DNA of 64,000 nt, taken from positions 20,541-84,540 of the forward strand of contig JADKBK010000005.1 in the NCBI GenBank assembly GCA_016715075.1, written 5' to 3'. The first letter of the stretch is position 1. The number at the start of each line of letters is the position of its first letter. This DNA comes from Bacteroidales bacterium. GTDB taxonomy: Bacteria; Bacteroidota; Bacteroidia; Bacteroidales; VadinHA17. The notes under the pieces were generated by a model. It saw nothing but the letters and a program-made list of their open reading frames with translations. It was not told the origin of the DNA and searched no databases. A program made the translations under genes and the position numbers. Positions 17,536 to 26,324 of the stretch are shown one piece after another.

Positions 17536-20511
17536 ATGAGACTCCTTTTACCCCTAATCATCTCCGTTTTTTACCTAAGCACTATCTCGGGTAATCAGAT
17601 TGAAATTCCATATTCTGTTCCTGCAAAACCATGGCCTGAATCTTTCGGAAACCATAGGGCAGTTCTTCATATCTCAAATCCATCAGAGGTTGTTACACTG
17701 GATATTTTGTGGCGCCGGCATGATCCTGACCCGGATACCAGACGCTTTCTGATCATTAATGCATCAAGCGGCGACACAATTTCAAATATTTTCCGGTATA
17801 AGGTAAATAATGAAGAGTGCCGGATAGCATTCGGTCCTGTGAAAATGGCCGGAACTTACTATTTCTATTATCTGCCTTATGACATACAGGAGGAATGGGG
17901 CTTTTATGGGAAGGATTATCTGAAACGGGAGAGTGATCCTTCAGGAGAATGGCTGCTGAAGAATCATGTTAACAGACCTTCAAGATCAAAGAGTTTTGTT
18001 GCTGCCAGTATTACTGATTTTCAATCCCGCTTCGCATTCGATTCATTTTACCCTATGGAGGTAATAGCTCTTTTATCTGAAAAATCAGTGCTTCTTGAAA
18101 AATACACCAATGACTGGCTTGTATTCCCGGAGGACAGGTCATATCCGATCCGCATGCGCGATGAGATACCACTGAGATGGATACGTCAGGGACCATCAGA
18201 ACAGTTTACCGGTGAAGCACTGAAGAATGAATACTATGCTTTTCAGATCGGGGTATATGCATCAAAGGCCGGTCTTCAAAATCTGAAAGTTGAGTTTACA
18301 TCCCTGCAGGGCGCAAGTGTCAAAATCCCTGCTTCCTCGCTTACCTGTTTCAATACAGGAGGAATAGGACCATATGGTAAACCTTTTGAGAAGCGGGTCG
18401 ATGTAGGCCTCGGAATGGTTCAGCCCCTCTGGATAGGAATTGATATACCAGAGGCTATTCCTGCCGGCACCTATACGGGATCAGTCATAATTAAACCTGA
18501 AAATGCCAGGCCGCAGACTATAAAAATTTCACTTAAAATTGCGGATAAGATCATTGCAGATCGTGGTGATAGTGAACCATGGCGTCATTCACGGTTACGA
18601 TGGCTAAACTCTACTCTGGGTATTGATGATAAGACTGTTAAACCATATAAACCTATTGAATTTCTGGGTAATAACACCTATCGTCTTACTGAAAAAATTC
18701 TAAGAATGGACGATGGAGGAATGCCCGGGTCAATAAATGTATCCGGGACAGAACTTCTTTCAGATCCGATCTCATTCGTTGTTGAATCAGGTAAGGGCTT
18801 TGAGAAATTTACTTTGCCGGAAGATATATCCCTGATTAAAAACAAACCGGGGGCAATTGGAGGATCGTGGAGATGCCATTCTGACGGTTTTGAACTGACC
18901 GGAACAGGAATGGTAGAAGCTGATGGGTACATAAATTATAAAATAAAAATCAGAGCCCTCAGGGACATTTCCCTGAAGGATGTCAGGCTGGAGATTCCAT
19001 TTGCCGGGAACGTTGCACAGTATATAATAGGCATGGGGTTACCGGGAACTGTTGTGCCTGAGGCACATCAGGCACCATGGAGTGGCCCGTTTGACAGTTT
19101 CTGGATGGGTAATACTTATGCAGGTCTATGGTGCGAACTGAGGGGCGGAAGCTATAATGGTCCGCTGCTTAACCTGTACAATCCTGCCCCTCCGGCTTCA
19201 TGGTATAATAATGATAACGGCGGCTTCAGGATAACAAAAAACCAGTCGGGAACAAATGCAGTTGTTTACAGTGGAGCCAGGGAATTAAAATCAGGTGAAA
19301 AACTTGATTTTGAATGGTCAATGCTTATAACACCAGTTAAAAAAATCAATACAGGGAGCCAGTTCACAGACCGGTATTATCATAATGGAGGCAACCCAAT
19401 GCCATCCGATGCCGACCTGTCATGCGGTGTGAAGATAGTCAACCTCCATCATGCCAATAACTATAATCCGCATATCAATTACCCTTTTATTGCAACAGAC
19501 TCAATGAGATGGTTTGTTGATAAGATGCATTCAAAAGGACAGAAGGTAAAGATCTATTACACAATCCGCGAACTCACTAATTACACTACTGAGATCTGGG
19601 CACTTCGCAGCCTTGGCGATGAAATACTCGGTAATGGTGATGGCGGAGGATATACATGGCTCAGGGAACACTTTATTTCCGGTTACAGGCCTCAGTGGTA
19701 TCAGCACTTTCCGGATAAAAGTCCTGATGCATCTATTGTCAATGCACCTGGGGATTCCAGGTGGTATAACTATTATATCGAAGGACTGGCCTGGCTTGTC
19801 AGAAATGTTGATATAGATGGTTTGTACCTCGATGATGTTACTTATGACAGAAGAACTGTCAAGCGGATCAGAAAAGTACTTGACAATGAAAAGCCGGGCT
19901 GTATACTCGAGCTGCATTCCAATACCGGTTTTTCGAAAGGGCCTGCAAATCAGTATGCTGAATATTTCCCGTATATTGATAAGATATGGTTTGGAGAGAG
20001 CTTTTTATATGATAAAATGTCACCCGGGAACTGGCTTGTCGAAACCTCAGGTATCCCTTTCGGACTGATGGGCGATATGCTTCAGGGTGGAGGTAACAGA
20101 TGGAGAGGGATGGTTTATGGTATGACTGTACGTCATCCCTGGACAACAGAAGGGGTGCTTTGTGATCCTCGTCCTGTGTGGAAAATCTGGGATGAATTTG
20201 GAATTGAGTCTTCTGTAATGAAAGGATACTGGCAGAATGACTGTCCGGTCAAAACAGATCGTCCTGATGTTAAAGCTACTATCTATCTGAAAAATGGAGA
20301 ATCCCTTTTATCAGTGGCCAGCTGGGCTGAAGACCCGGTAAAGTTTTTATTGAAATTCGACTGGAAAGTTCTCGGGATAGATCCCTCGAAAGCTGAGCTG
20401 TACGCTCCTTCTGTTGAGAATTTTCAGGAAGAGAGGAGTTTTAGACCTGACGAAACTATCCCTGTGGAACCAGGAAAGGGCTGGATGATTATTGTGAAGG
20501 AGAAAAAGTAA
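17536..20511 (+). CDS. Large secreted putative glycoside hydrolase (GH123/DUF4091-like), family uncertain
   Basis: 991 aa with a signal peptide. The C-terminal TIM-barrel-like region (NLHHANNYNPHINYPF, KVKIYYTIRELT, DIDGLYLDDVTYDR, LELHSNTGF) reminds me of DUF4091/GH123-type proteins. The ORF is clear, but the family call is weak. Confidence 0.4.
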   Translation: MRLLLPLIISVFYLSTISGNQIEIPYSVPAKPWPESFGNHRAVLHISNPSEVVTLDILWRRHDPDPDTRRFLIINASSGDTISNIFRYKVNNEECRIAFGPVKMAGTYYFYYLPYDIQEEWGFYGKDYLKRESDPSGEWLLKNHVNRPSRSKSFVAASITDFQSRFAFDSFYPMEVIALLSEKSVLLEKYTNDWLVFPEDRSYPIRMRDEIPLRWIRQGPSEQFTGEALKNEYYAFQIGVYASKAGLQNLKVEFTSLQGASVKIPASSLTCFNTGGIGPYGKPFEKRVDVGLGMVQPLWIGIDIPEAIPAGTYTGSVIIKPENARPQTIKISLKIADKIIADRGDSEPWRHSRLRWLNSTLGIDDKTVKPYKPIEFLGNNTYRLTEKILRMDDGGMPGSINVSGTELLSDPISFVVESGKGFEKFTLPEDISLIKNKPGAIGGSWRCHSDGFELTGTGMVEADGYINYKIKIRALRDISLKDVRLEIPFAGNVAQYIIGMGLPGTVVPEAHQAPWSGPFDSFWMGNTYAGLWCELRGGSYNGPLLNLYNPAPPASWYNNDNGGFRITKNQSGTNAVVYSGARELKSGEKLDFEWSMLITPVKKINTGSQFTDRYYHNGGNPMPSDADLSCGVKIVNLHHANNYNPHINYPFIATDSMRWFVDKMHSKGQKVKIYYTIRELTNYTTEIWALRSLGDEILGNGDGGGYTWLREHFISGYRPQWYQHFPDKSPDASIVNAPGDSRWYNYYIEGLAWLVRNVDIDGLYLDDVTYDRRTVKRIRKVLDNEKPGCILELHSNTGFSKGPANQYAEYFPYIDKIWFGESFLYDKMSPGNWLVETSGIPFGLMGDMLQGGGNRWRGMVYGMTVRHPWTTEGVLCDPRPVWKIWDEFGIESSVMKGYWQNDCPVKTDRPDVKATIYLKNGESLLSVASWAEDPVKFLLKFDWKVLGIDPSKAELYAPSVENFQEERSFRPDETIPVEPGKGWMIIVKEKK

Positions 20512-20530
20512 CTGTTTTTTTGCTAAAAAA

Positions 20531-20616
20531 CTACGGAGTTACGCGGAGTTATTACAGAGTTCCACTGTTTAGGCCTCCGTGTTTTACTCCGTGCAACACT
20601 GTGCAACTCCGTGGTT
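20531..20616. repeat. Palindromic box element, opposite polarity (3x NCGGAG/ACAGAG facing 4x CTCCGTG/CACTGTG)
   Basis: ctacggag, acgcggag and ttacagag on the left. ctccgtg, ctccgtg, cactgtg and ctccgtgg on the right. Ends in GTGGTTTTA. Confidence 0.7.
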
Positions 20617-20656
20617 TTATACTATATTTGGTTATTAAACTAAAATAAGTCTTAAG

Positions 20657-21412
20657 ATGTCGAATCACAAGAAAACACTTATGTTGCTGGTTGTAACAGC
20701 TCTCACGTTATCATTCGTATATGCCCAGGAAGGAATGATCTCCTTCGGGAAATCCTCATCCTTAGACAGGGCGCTGTTTAAGACAAAGGAGAAAGAAATA
20801 CCTCTTCTCTGGAAGAATGTTAATACTGCACCTGATACCTGGCATCTTGAAAAAGATCTCCTGGTTTGTTCCGGCCATCCTATCGGAGTAATGCGGTCAG
20901 AGAAGCAGTATGAGAATTTCATCCTTCACATAGAGTGGATGCACATGGAACCGGGCGGTAATTCCGGGACCTTTGTATGGAGCAATGCCACTCCTCCTGA
21001 GGGGGGCAATCTGCCTAATGGAGTTGAGGTTCAGATGCTTGAGCTTGAATGGGTCAGACTTAATACTAAAGACGGAGTTGTTCCACCAATAGCATATGTT
21101 CATGGTGAACTTTTTGGAGTTGGCGGAGTTGAAACGGTACCGGATACCCCCAGAGGCACAAGAAGCAAATCAATTGAGAACCGTTGCAAGGGGAAGGGGG
21201 AATGGAATATTTATGATGTCGTTTGTGTTGACGGTGTGGTGAAGCTTTCAGTGAACGGTAAATTTGTGAACGGAATTGCGAAAGCAACGCAGAAAAAAGG
21301 TTATATATGTCTTGAATCGGAAGGAGCGGAGATACATTTCCGGAATATCAGGATTATTGAATTGCCTTCCGGTGTTATTACCCCTGAACAAATAGCAAAT
21401 GAGTTAAAATGA
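20657..21412 (+). CDS. DUF1080 (3-keto-disaccharide hydrolase-like) domain protein, secreted
   Basis: Signal peptide. [35 protein letters not shown] and [22 protein letters not shown] are typical DUF1080 concanavalin-like blocks. Confidence 0.7.
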   Translation: MSNHKKTLMLLVVTALTLSFVYAQEGMISFGKSSSLDRALFKTKEKEIPLLWKNVNTAPDTWHLEKDLLVCSGHPIGVMRSEKQYENFILHIEWMHMEPGGNSGTFVWSNATPPEGGNLPNGVEVQMLELEWVRLNTKDGVVPPIAYVHGELFGVGGVETVPDTPRGTRSKSIENRCKGKGEWNIYDVVCVDGVVKLSVNGKFVNGIAKATQKKGYICLESEGAEIHFRNIRIIELPSGVITPEQIANELK

Positions 21413-22539
21413 AAGATTCTGACAAAACAACACAGGTTTCCGCCAAAGGGAGGCTCCTTTCGCTTGATGCGCTCAGAGGTTTCGATATGTTATGGATAAT
21501 AGGCGGAAGTGGCGTAATAACCTCTCTTGCAAAATATACAGATGCGGGCTGGCTTAATTCAATTGCAGCACAGATGCAGCATGTAACCTGGAATGGATTT
21601 CATTTCTATGATCTTATCTTTCCACTGTTCATGTTCATCTCAGGAATAGCAATTCCCTACTCTGTTAAATCGGCATTATCAAAAGATCCATCAAAGAGTA
21701 AGCTCTTACTGAGGTTCTTAAAAAGGATGGTCATCCTATTCATCCTGGGATTATTATATAACGGGGTCTTTCAGGATGGTTTCGCCACTGCCAGATATGC
21801 CAGTGTCCTTGCACAGATAGGAATCGCATACTTCTTTGCTGCGGTCATATATACCTTTTCAGGATCAGTAAAGGCAACAATTTTTTGGATAGCAGGCATT
21901 CTGGCCGGGGTATCGGTAATGCAGTTATTTGTACCTGTGCCTGGTTTTGGGCCGGGTGTTTTTACTCCAGAGGGATCAATAAACGGATATATTGACAGGT
22001 TATACCTGCCAGGCAGACTGGCATATTTCAATGGCATTTTTGATGCCCTAGGGATATTATCAGTTGTTTCTGCCATTGGTATAACACTAATGGGAATAAT
22101 TGCCGGAAAGATATTACAGCACCAAACCTTCTCTGAATATCGAAAAACAGGAATTCTTGCCCTTATTGGGGCGGTTTTGATTCCTGCTGCAGTGCTTCTA
22201 TCTCCTTTCTATCCTATCATAAAAGTCTGTTGGACAACAACATATAACCTGCTGGCCGCTGGAATCAGTTTTATTCTGATAGCTCTCTTTTATCTTATAA
22301 TAGATGTCTGGGGTTATCAGAAATGGTCCTATTTCTTCAGGATAATAGGTATAAATTCAATCTTTATTTACCTGTTCGGAAGAATTGTCCCTGTTGGTGA
22401 AATTACCGGCTTTTTTGTTGGCTGGATAACTAAGCCATTGGGAAGCCTTGGAGAGGTGATCGGGGCATTGGTTATTATAGGTGCAGAATGGTTGTTGCTG
22501 TGGTTTATGTACAAAAAAAAGGTGTTTGTTAAGGTCTGA
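21409..22539 (+). CDS. DUF5009 / heparan-alpha-glucosaminide N-acetyltransferase (HGSNAT)-like polytopic membrane protein
   Basis: [18 protein letters not shown] at the N-terminus and about 10 hydrophobic segments. The start overlaps the DUF1080 stop (ATGA 21409-21412). Confidence 0.65.
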   Translation: MKDSDKTTQVSAKGRLLSLDALRGFDMLWIIGGSGVITSLAKYTDAGWLNSIAAQMQHVTWNGFHFYDLIFPLFMFISGIAIPYSVKSALSKDPSKSKLLLRFLKRMVILFILGLLYNGVFQDGFATARYASVLAQIGIAYFFAAVIYTFSGSVKATIFWIAGILAGVSVMQLFVPVPGFGPGVFTPEGSINGYIDRLYLPGRLAYFNGIFDALGILSVVSAIGITLMGIIAGKILQHQTFSEYRKTGILALIGAVLIPAAVLLSPFYPIIKVCWTTTYNLLAAGISFILIALFYLIIDVWGYQKWSYFFRIIGINSIFIYLFGRIVPVGEITGFFVGWITKPLGSLGEVIGALVIIGAEWLLLWFMYKKKVFVKV

Positions 22540-22579
22540 TTTAACTGATCTCTTTATTTATTACAGATTCTGTATCTTT

Positions 22580-22724
22580 CTCTGTGAAACTCTGTGCTCC
22601 CGATAGTCATCGGGACTCTGTGATCTCTGTGTAAGTTCTTAGCTTAATATTACACAGAGAGCACAGAGAATACACGGAGTAACACAGAGATAGCTGCAGT
22701 TGCAGAATCGAATTTCTCAACAGC
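22580..22724. repeat. Composite palindromic element, sister of 5321-5465
   Basis: CTCTGTG at 22580, 22590, 22616, 22625. CACAGAG/CACGGAG at 22653, 22662, 22673, 22683. Nested hairpin cccgat/atcggg at 22599-22614. Tail tagctgcag...atttctcaacagc. Confidence 0.8.
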
Positions 22725-22776
22725 ATCCCGGAGTTCTTTATTTAAATAAACTATTAATATTCAAATATATATAATC

Positions 22777-24189
22777 ATGAAACACTTTAGAATGATTCTC
22801 TTGCTGTTACCTGTTGTTCTTCTTTTGGCATGCAGTTCACATGAACTACCACAACCATTAAGTCTTAATCCGCAAAATCCACACTATTTCCTTTTCAGGG
22901 GGGAACCGGCTATACTCATTGGTTCAACAGAGCATTATGGCGCTGTTATGAACCTGGACTTTGACTATATCGCATACCTTAATGAAATATCAGGATCAGG
23001 ACTTAATGTAACGCGTACTTTTTCAGGAGCTTATGTTGAACCTGTCGGAGCCTTTGGAATTAAGAAGAACACCCTTGCACCTGCAGCAGAAAGGTATATA
23101 TGCCCTTGGTCAAGGAGTAAAGAGCCTGGATATGCCAACGGTGGCAATAAATTTGACCTTTCGGAGTGGGATGAGACATATTTTAAACGACTTAAGGACT
23201 TTGTAGCAGAAGCAGGAAAGAGAGATATAATAGTTGAACTTGACCTTTTTTCAAATTATTATGATACGGTTCAGTGGAAGCTGTCACCACTGAATATTCT
23301 CAATAATATCAACAGGATAGGCGACATTAAAGATCATAAGGAAGTATTGTCACTTAAGCATGCAGAGCTGCTTAATGTGCAGGAAAACATGGTCAGGAAG
23401 ATTATTCATGAACTTAAGGACTTTGACAACCTTTATTTTGAAGTCTGTAATGAACCTTATTTTGGAGATACACTTGCGTTGAGGCAGTGGGAAGAGCATA
23501 TGACAGAAGTTGTAGCTGAGGCTGAAAAGGATTTTAAATTCAGGCACCTTATTTCCAACAATATTGCCAATAATCATAAGCTTGTAGGAGAGCCCCGTAA
23601 TGGAGTTTCGATTTATAATTTTCATTATGCCAGACCTCCAAAAACAGTTGGTATTAATTACAATCTTAAAGGAGTTATCGGGGATAATGAAACCGGCTTT
23701 GACGGAATTGAGGATTCACAGTACCGTACTGAAGCATGGGACTTTATTCTTGCTGGCGGAGGACTATTTAACCACCTTGATTACTCTTTTACTACTGACA
23801 ATGAGGATGGTAGTTTAAAAATTGAAGAAGGCCAGCCTGGTGGAGGCGGAAAAGTCTTGCGAAGCCAGTTTAAGATACTTGCTGAATTTATGGGGTCGGT
23901 CGATTTTATTAATATGATGCCTGTAAGTAATGATAAAATTCGATTACAGGAAGGTGAAAAAACAACTGTTAATGCCCTCGCCAGAGGTGATGATTATATT
24001 ATTCTCTATCTGCACAGAAAAGATACAGCCAGTCTGAGCTCTGTTATTGAAATTGACCTTCAGGGAGCATCATATAACCTTAACTGGGTGGATACAAAAA
24101 CAGCCGGAGTAACTACTGAAAAACTGATGGATCATCCTGGCGGCATGACCAGTATTGCATCTCCCCTTTTGCCGGAGATATTGCCTTGA
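22777..24189 (+). CDS. Clan GH-A (GH5-like) glycoside hydrolase lipoprotein
   Basis: Lipoprotein signal LLLLACSS. YFEVCNEPYFGD contains the NEP acid/base motif of GH-A TIM barrels. The exact family is uncertain. Confidence 0.5.
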   Translation: MKHFRMILLLLPVVLLLACSSHELPQPLSLNPQNPHYFLFRGEPAILIGSTEHYGAVMNLDFDYIAYLNEISGSGLNVTRTFSGAYVEPVGAFGIKKNTLAPAAERYICPWSRSKEPGYANGGNKFDLSEWDETYFKRLKDFVAEAGKRDIIVELDLFSNYYDTVQWKLSPLNILNNINRIGDIKDHKEVLSLKHAELLNVQENMVRKIIHELKDFDNLYFEVCNEPYFGDTLALRQWEEHMTEVVAEAEKDFKFRHLISNNIANNHKLVGEPRNGVSIYNFHYARPPKTVGINYNLKGVIGDNETGFDGIEDSQYRTEAWDFILAGGGLFNHLDYSFTTDNEDGSLKIEEGQPGGGGKVLRSQFKILAEFMGSVDFINMMPVSNDKIRLQEGEKTTVNALARGDDYIILYLHRKDTASLSSVIEIDLQGASYNLNWVDTKTAGVTTEKLMDHPGGMTSIASPLLPEILP

Positions 24190-24273
24190 AAATTATTAAG
24201 GCAGATTAAAATGTTACAAGTATCCCTTAAATGGAGTCGGGACAGATAAAGTCGTTTCGTTTATTATATTATC

Positions 24274-24828
24274 GTGATTAAGAATAACCCCATACTTGAA
24301 CAATTAATAGTTGGAAGACTTAAAGCGGCTGATCCGGATATGTTTACTGAAATATTTTCAGTCTACTACAAGGACTTGGTATTGTTTGCATATAGCTTTA
24401 CTCATGAAAAAGAGGATTCAGAAGAAATTGTTCAGGATGTTTTTGTAAAACTTTGGGAAGACCATGAAAAGATTAATATCTCGACTTCCATTAAATCGTA
24501 TCTTCTTAAATCCATACAAAATAAGTGCATCGATTGGCACCGTCACAAAAAAGTCATTAATCATCACAGTAATTATATTATCGAAAATTCTCTGCTTTAT
24601 GAATATGATACTGATAATTATATTCTCAGCTCTGAAATGGAACTTATTATTGAAAAGGCACTAGCCAGCCTGCCTGAAAATGTCAAAGAAACATTCGAAA
24701 TGAGCAGGTTTGAAGGAATGAAATATCAAGAGATTGCAGACAAGCTGAATGTATCGGTCAGAACTATAGAAGTACGGATCAGTAAAGCATTGGAGTTGCT
24801 TAGGGAGAGCTTAATTGATTTTTTGTAA
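24274..24828 (+). CDS. ECF-type RNA polymerase sigma-70 factor
   Basis: GTG start. Region 2 (EEIVQDVFVKLWE) and region 4 (YQEIADKLNVSVRTIEVRISKAL) blocks are present. It lies upstream of a FecR-like gene and an STN-domain SusC. Confidence 0.85.
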   Translation: MIKNNPILEQLIVGRLKAADPDMFTEIFSVYYKDLVLFAYSFTHEKEDSEEIVQDVFVKLWEDHEKINISTSIKSYLLKSIQNKCIDWHRHKKVINHHSNYIIENSLLYEYDTDNYILSSEMELIIEKALASLPENVKETFEMSRFEGMKYQEIADKLNVSVRTIEVRISKALELLRESLIDFL

Positions 24829-25064
24829 AGAGTAAGAGTTGTTACACGGAAAGTCCTTAGCATTAGTAAGCCCGTCGTTTGTGTTTTAAGACGCGTCTCA
24901 TTCTCATCTTAATAGTATTCATAAAAAACCGATTAGAAGGTATACTCAATCTGATGAGATCAGGGAGACAGTCTTTTTTGCTGGATTCCCGGAAGTCATT
25001 TTATCTGATTATCCTATTTTCCATTGTGGGTTATAGTTTCTGAAACGTCTTTATTCAGATATTA

Positions 25065-26132
25065 ATGGAAATGGATAGTATAGAAGAAGAAAACAACAGG
25101 ATCTTAATTGTCAGATACCTGTCAGGGGAAGCGAGTCCGGAAGAAGTTACTGAGCTTAATAAATGGCTGGGAGCCTCCGGTGCTAATTTATTATATTTCC
25201 AGCAGGTAAAGAATATCTGGTATAGCTCTAACCGCCATTCTTTAAAAGACTTATCAGATACCAACAAAGCTTTCAAAGAGGTAAATAAAAGAATCACTCT
25301 GAGATCCCCAGGGTTCAATTTTTGGACAACATGGAAAAAGATTGCTGCCATATTAATAATTCCACTTATTTTAGGGAACCTGCTTTACTTTCTTTTTCTT
25401 ACAAATAATAATCCTGGCCGACAGGAACCTGTTTACAATGAGTTGTTTGCAGCATTTGGTACCAGGTCGGCATTAAAACTTTCCGATGGCACATCTGTCT
25501 GGCTCAATTCAGGAAGCAGTATTAAATATCCTGATAAATTCATAGATAAGGATCGCAAAGTCTTCCTCAATGGGGAAGCTTATTTTGAAGTTGAAAGTAA
25601 TCCTGAGAAACCATTTATTGTCGAGACATCATCAATTAAGGTAAGAGCAACGGGTACAAAATTTAATGTATTAGGCTATTCCTCGATTAATGAGAATGAA
25701 GTGACACTTGTTTCAGGGAAAGTTGAAGTTGGTCTTCCATGCAGCAATGATAAATTTAAGAGTACCAACATGGAAATAAACCAGCATTTGACATTTGATA
25801 AGAACACCGGAGCGGTTACTATTGTAAATGAAGATACCTATAAATATATATCATGGAAAGAGGGGAAGCTTGTATTCCGGAACGAACCTTTAACTGAGGT
25901 TGCAAAAAAAATAAGTCAGGTCTTCAACATTGATATTGAAATTAGGGGGAAAGAGATTGAGAATTACTCCTACAGGGCTACTTTTCAGGACGAGTCACTG
26001 GCAGAGATCCTGAAATTATTAAAGATATCTTCGCCAATAAATTATTATGAAATAAAGCGTAATCCTCTACCGGACGGTTCATTCCCCAGGAAAAAGGTTA
26101 TAATCTATCCTGCCGGGAAAAAAGGAATTTGA
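25065..26132 (+). CDS. FecR-family anti-sigma factor
   Basis: N-terminal YLSGEASPEE motif, a single TM segment (AAILIIPLILGNLLYFLFL), and C-terminal FecR blocks (LSDGTSVWLNSGS, GEAYFEV, KFNV). Confidence 0.85.
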   Translation: MEMDSIEEENNRILIVRYLSGEASPEEVTELNKWLGASGANLLYFQQVKNIWYSSNRHSLKDLSDTNKAFKEVNKRITLRSPGFNFWTTWKKIAAILIIPLILGNLLYFLFLTNNNPGRQEPVYNELFAAFGTRSALKLSDGTSVWLNSGSSIKYPDKFIDKDRKVFLNGEAYFEVESNPEKPFIVETSSIKVRATGTKFNVLGYSSINENEVTLVSGKVEVGLPCSNDKFKSTNMEINQHLTFDKNTGAVTIVNEDTYKYISWKEGKLVFRNEPLTEVAKKISQVFNIDIEIRGKEIENYSYRATFQDESLAEILKLLKISSPINYYEIKRNPLPDGSFPRKKVIIYPAGKKGI

Positions 26133-26324
26133 AAAGATAAGCTTAATTAATACAAACCCTATTATAAACCTAAACCAGTTGCCTATGTAAATTCCTGAAA
26201 ATGACCATAACCCTCTAAAAAAAAGGAAAAGTGCGCTAACACTTTTCCCCGATGTCAGAGGATAATAAACCGATTCCTGGCTGTTATTCAAAAATCTTAT
26301 TATTTACCCTAACACTTCAAAAAT

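Noticed and set aside
24951-25046. Hammerhead-ribozyme-like core: CTGATGAG at 24951 and GAAAC at 25042, in the 236-nt sigma/anti-sigma spacer.
   Set aside because: The ~85 nt between the two core pieces cannot be folded into a stem II closing next to both motifs, and I found no stem I/III pairing. It is a chance occurrence of short motifs.
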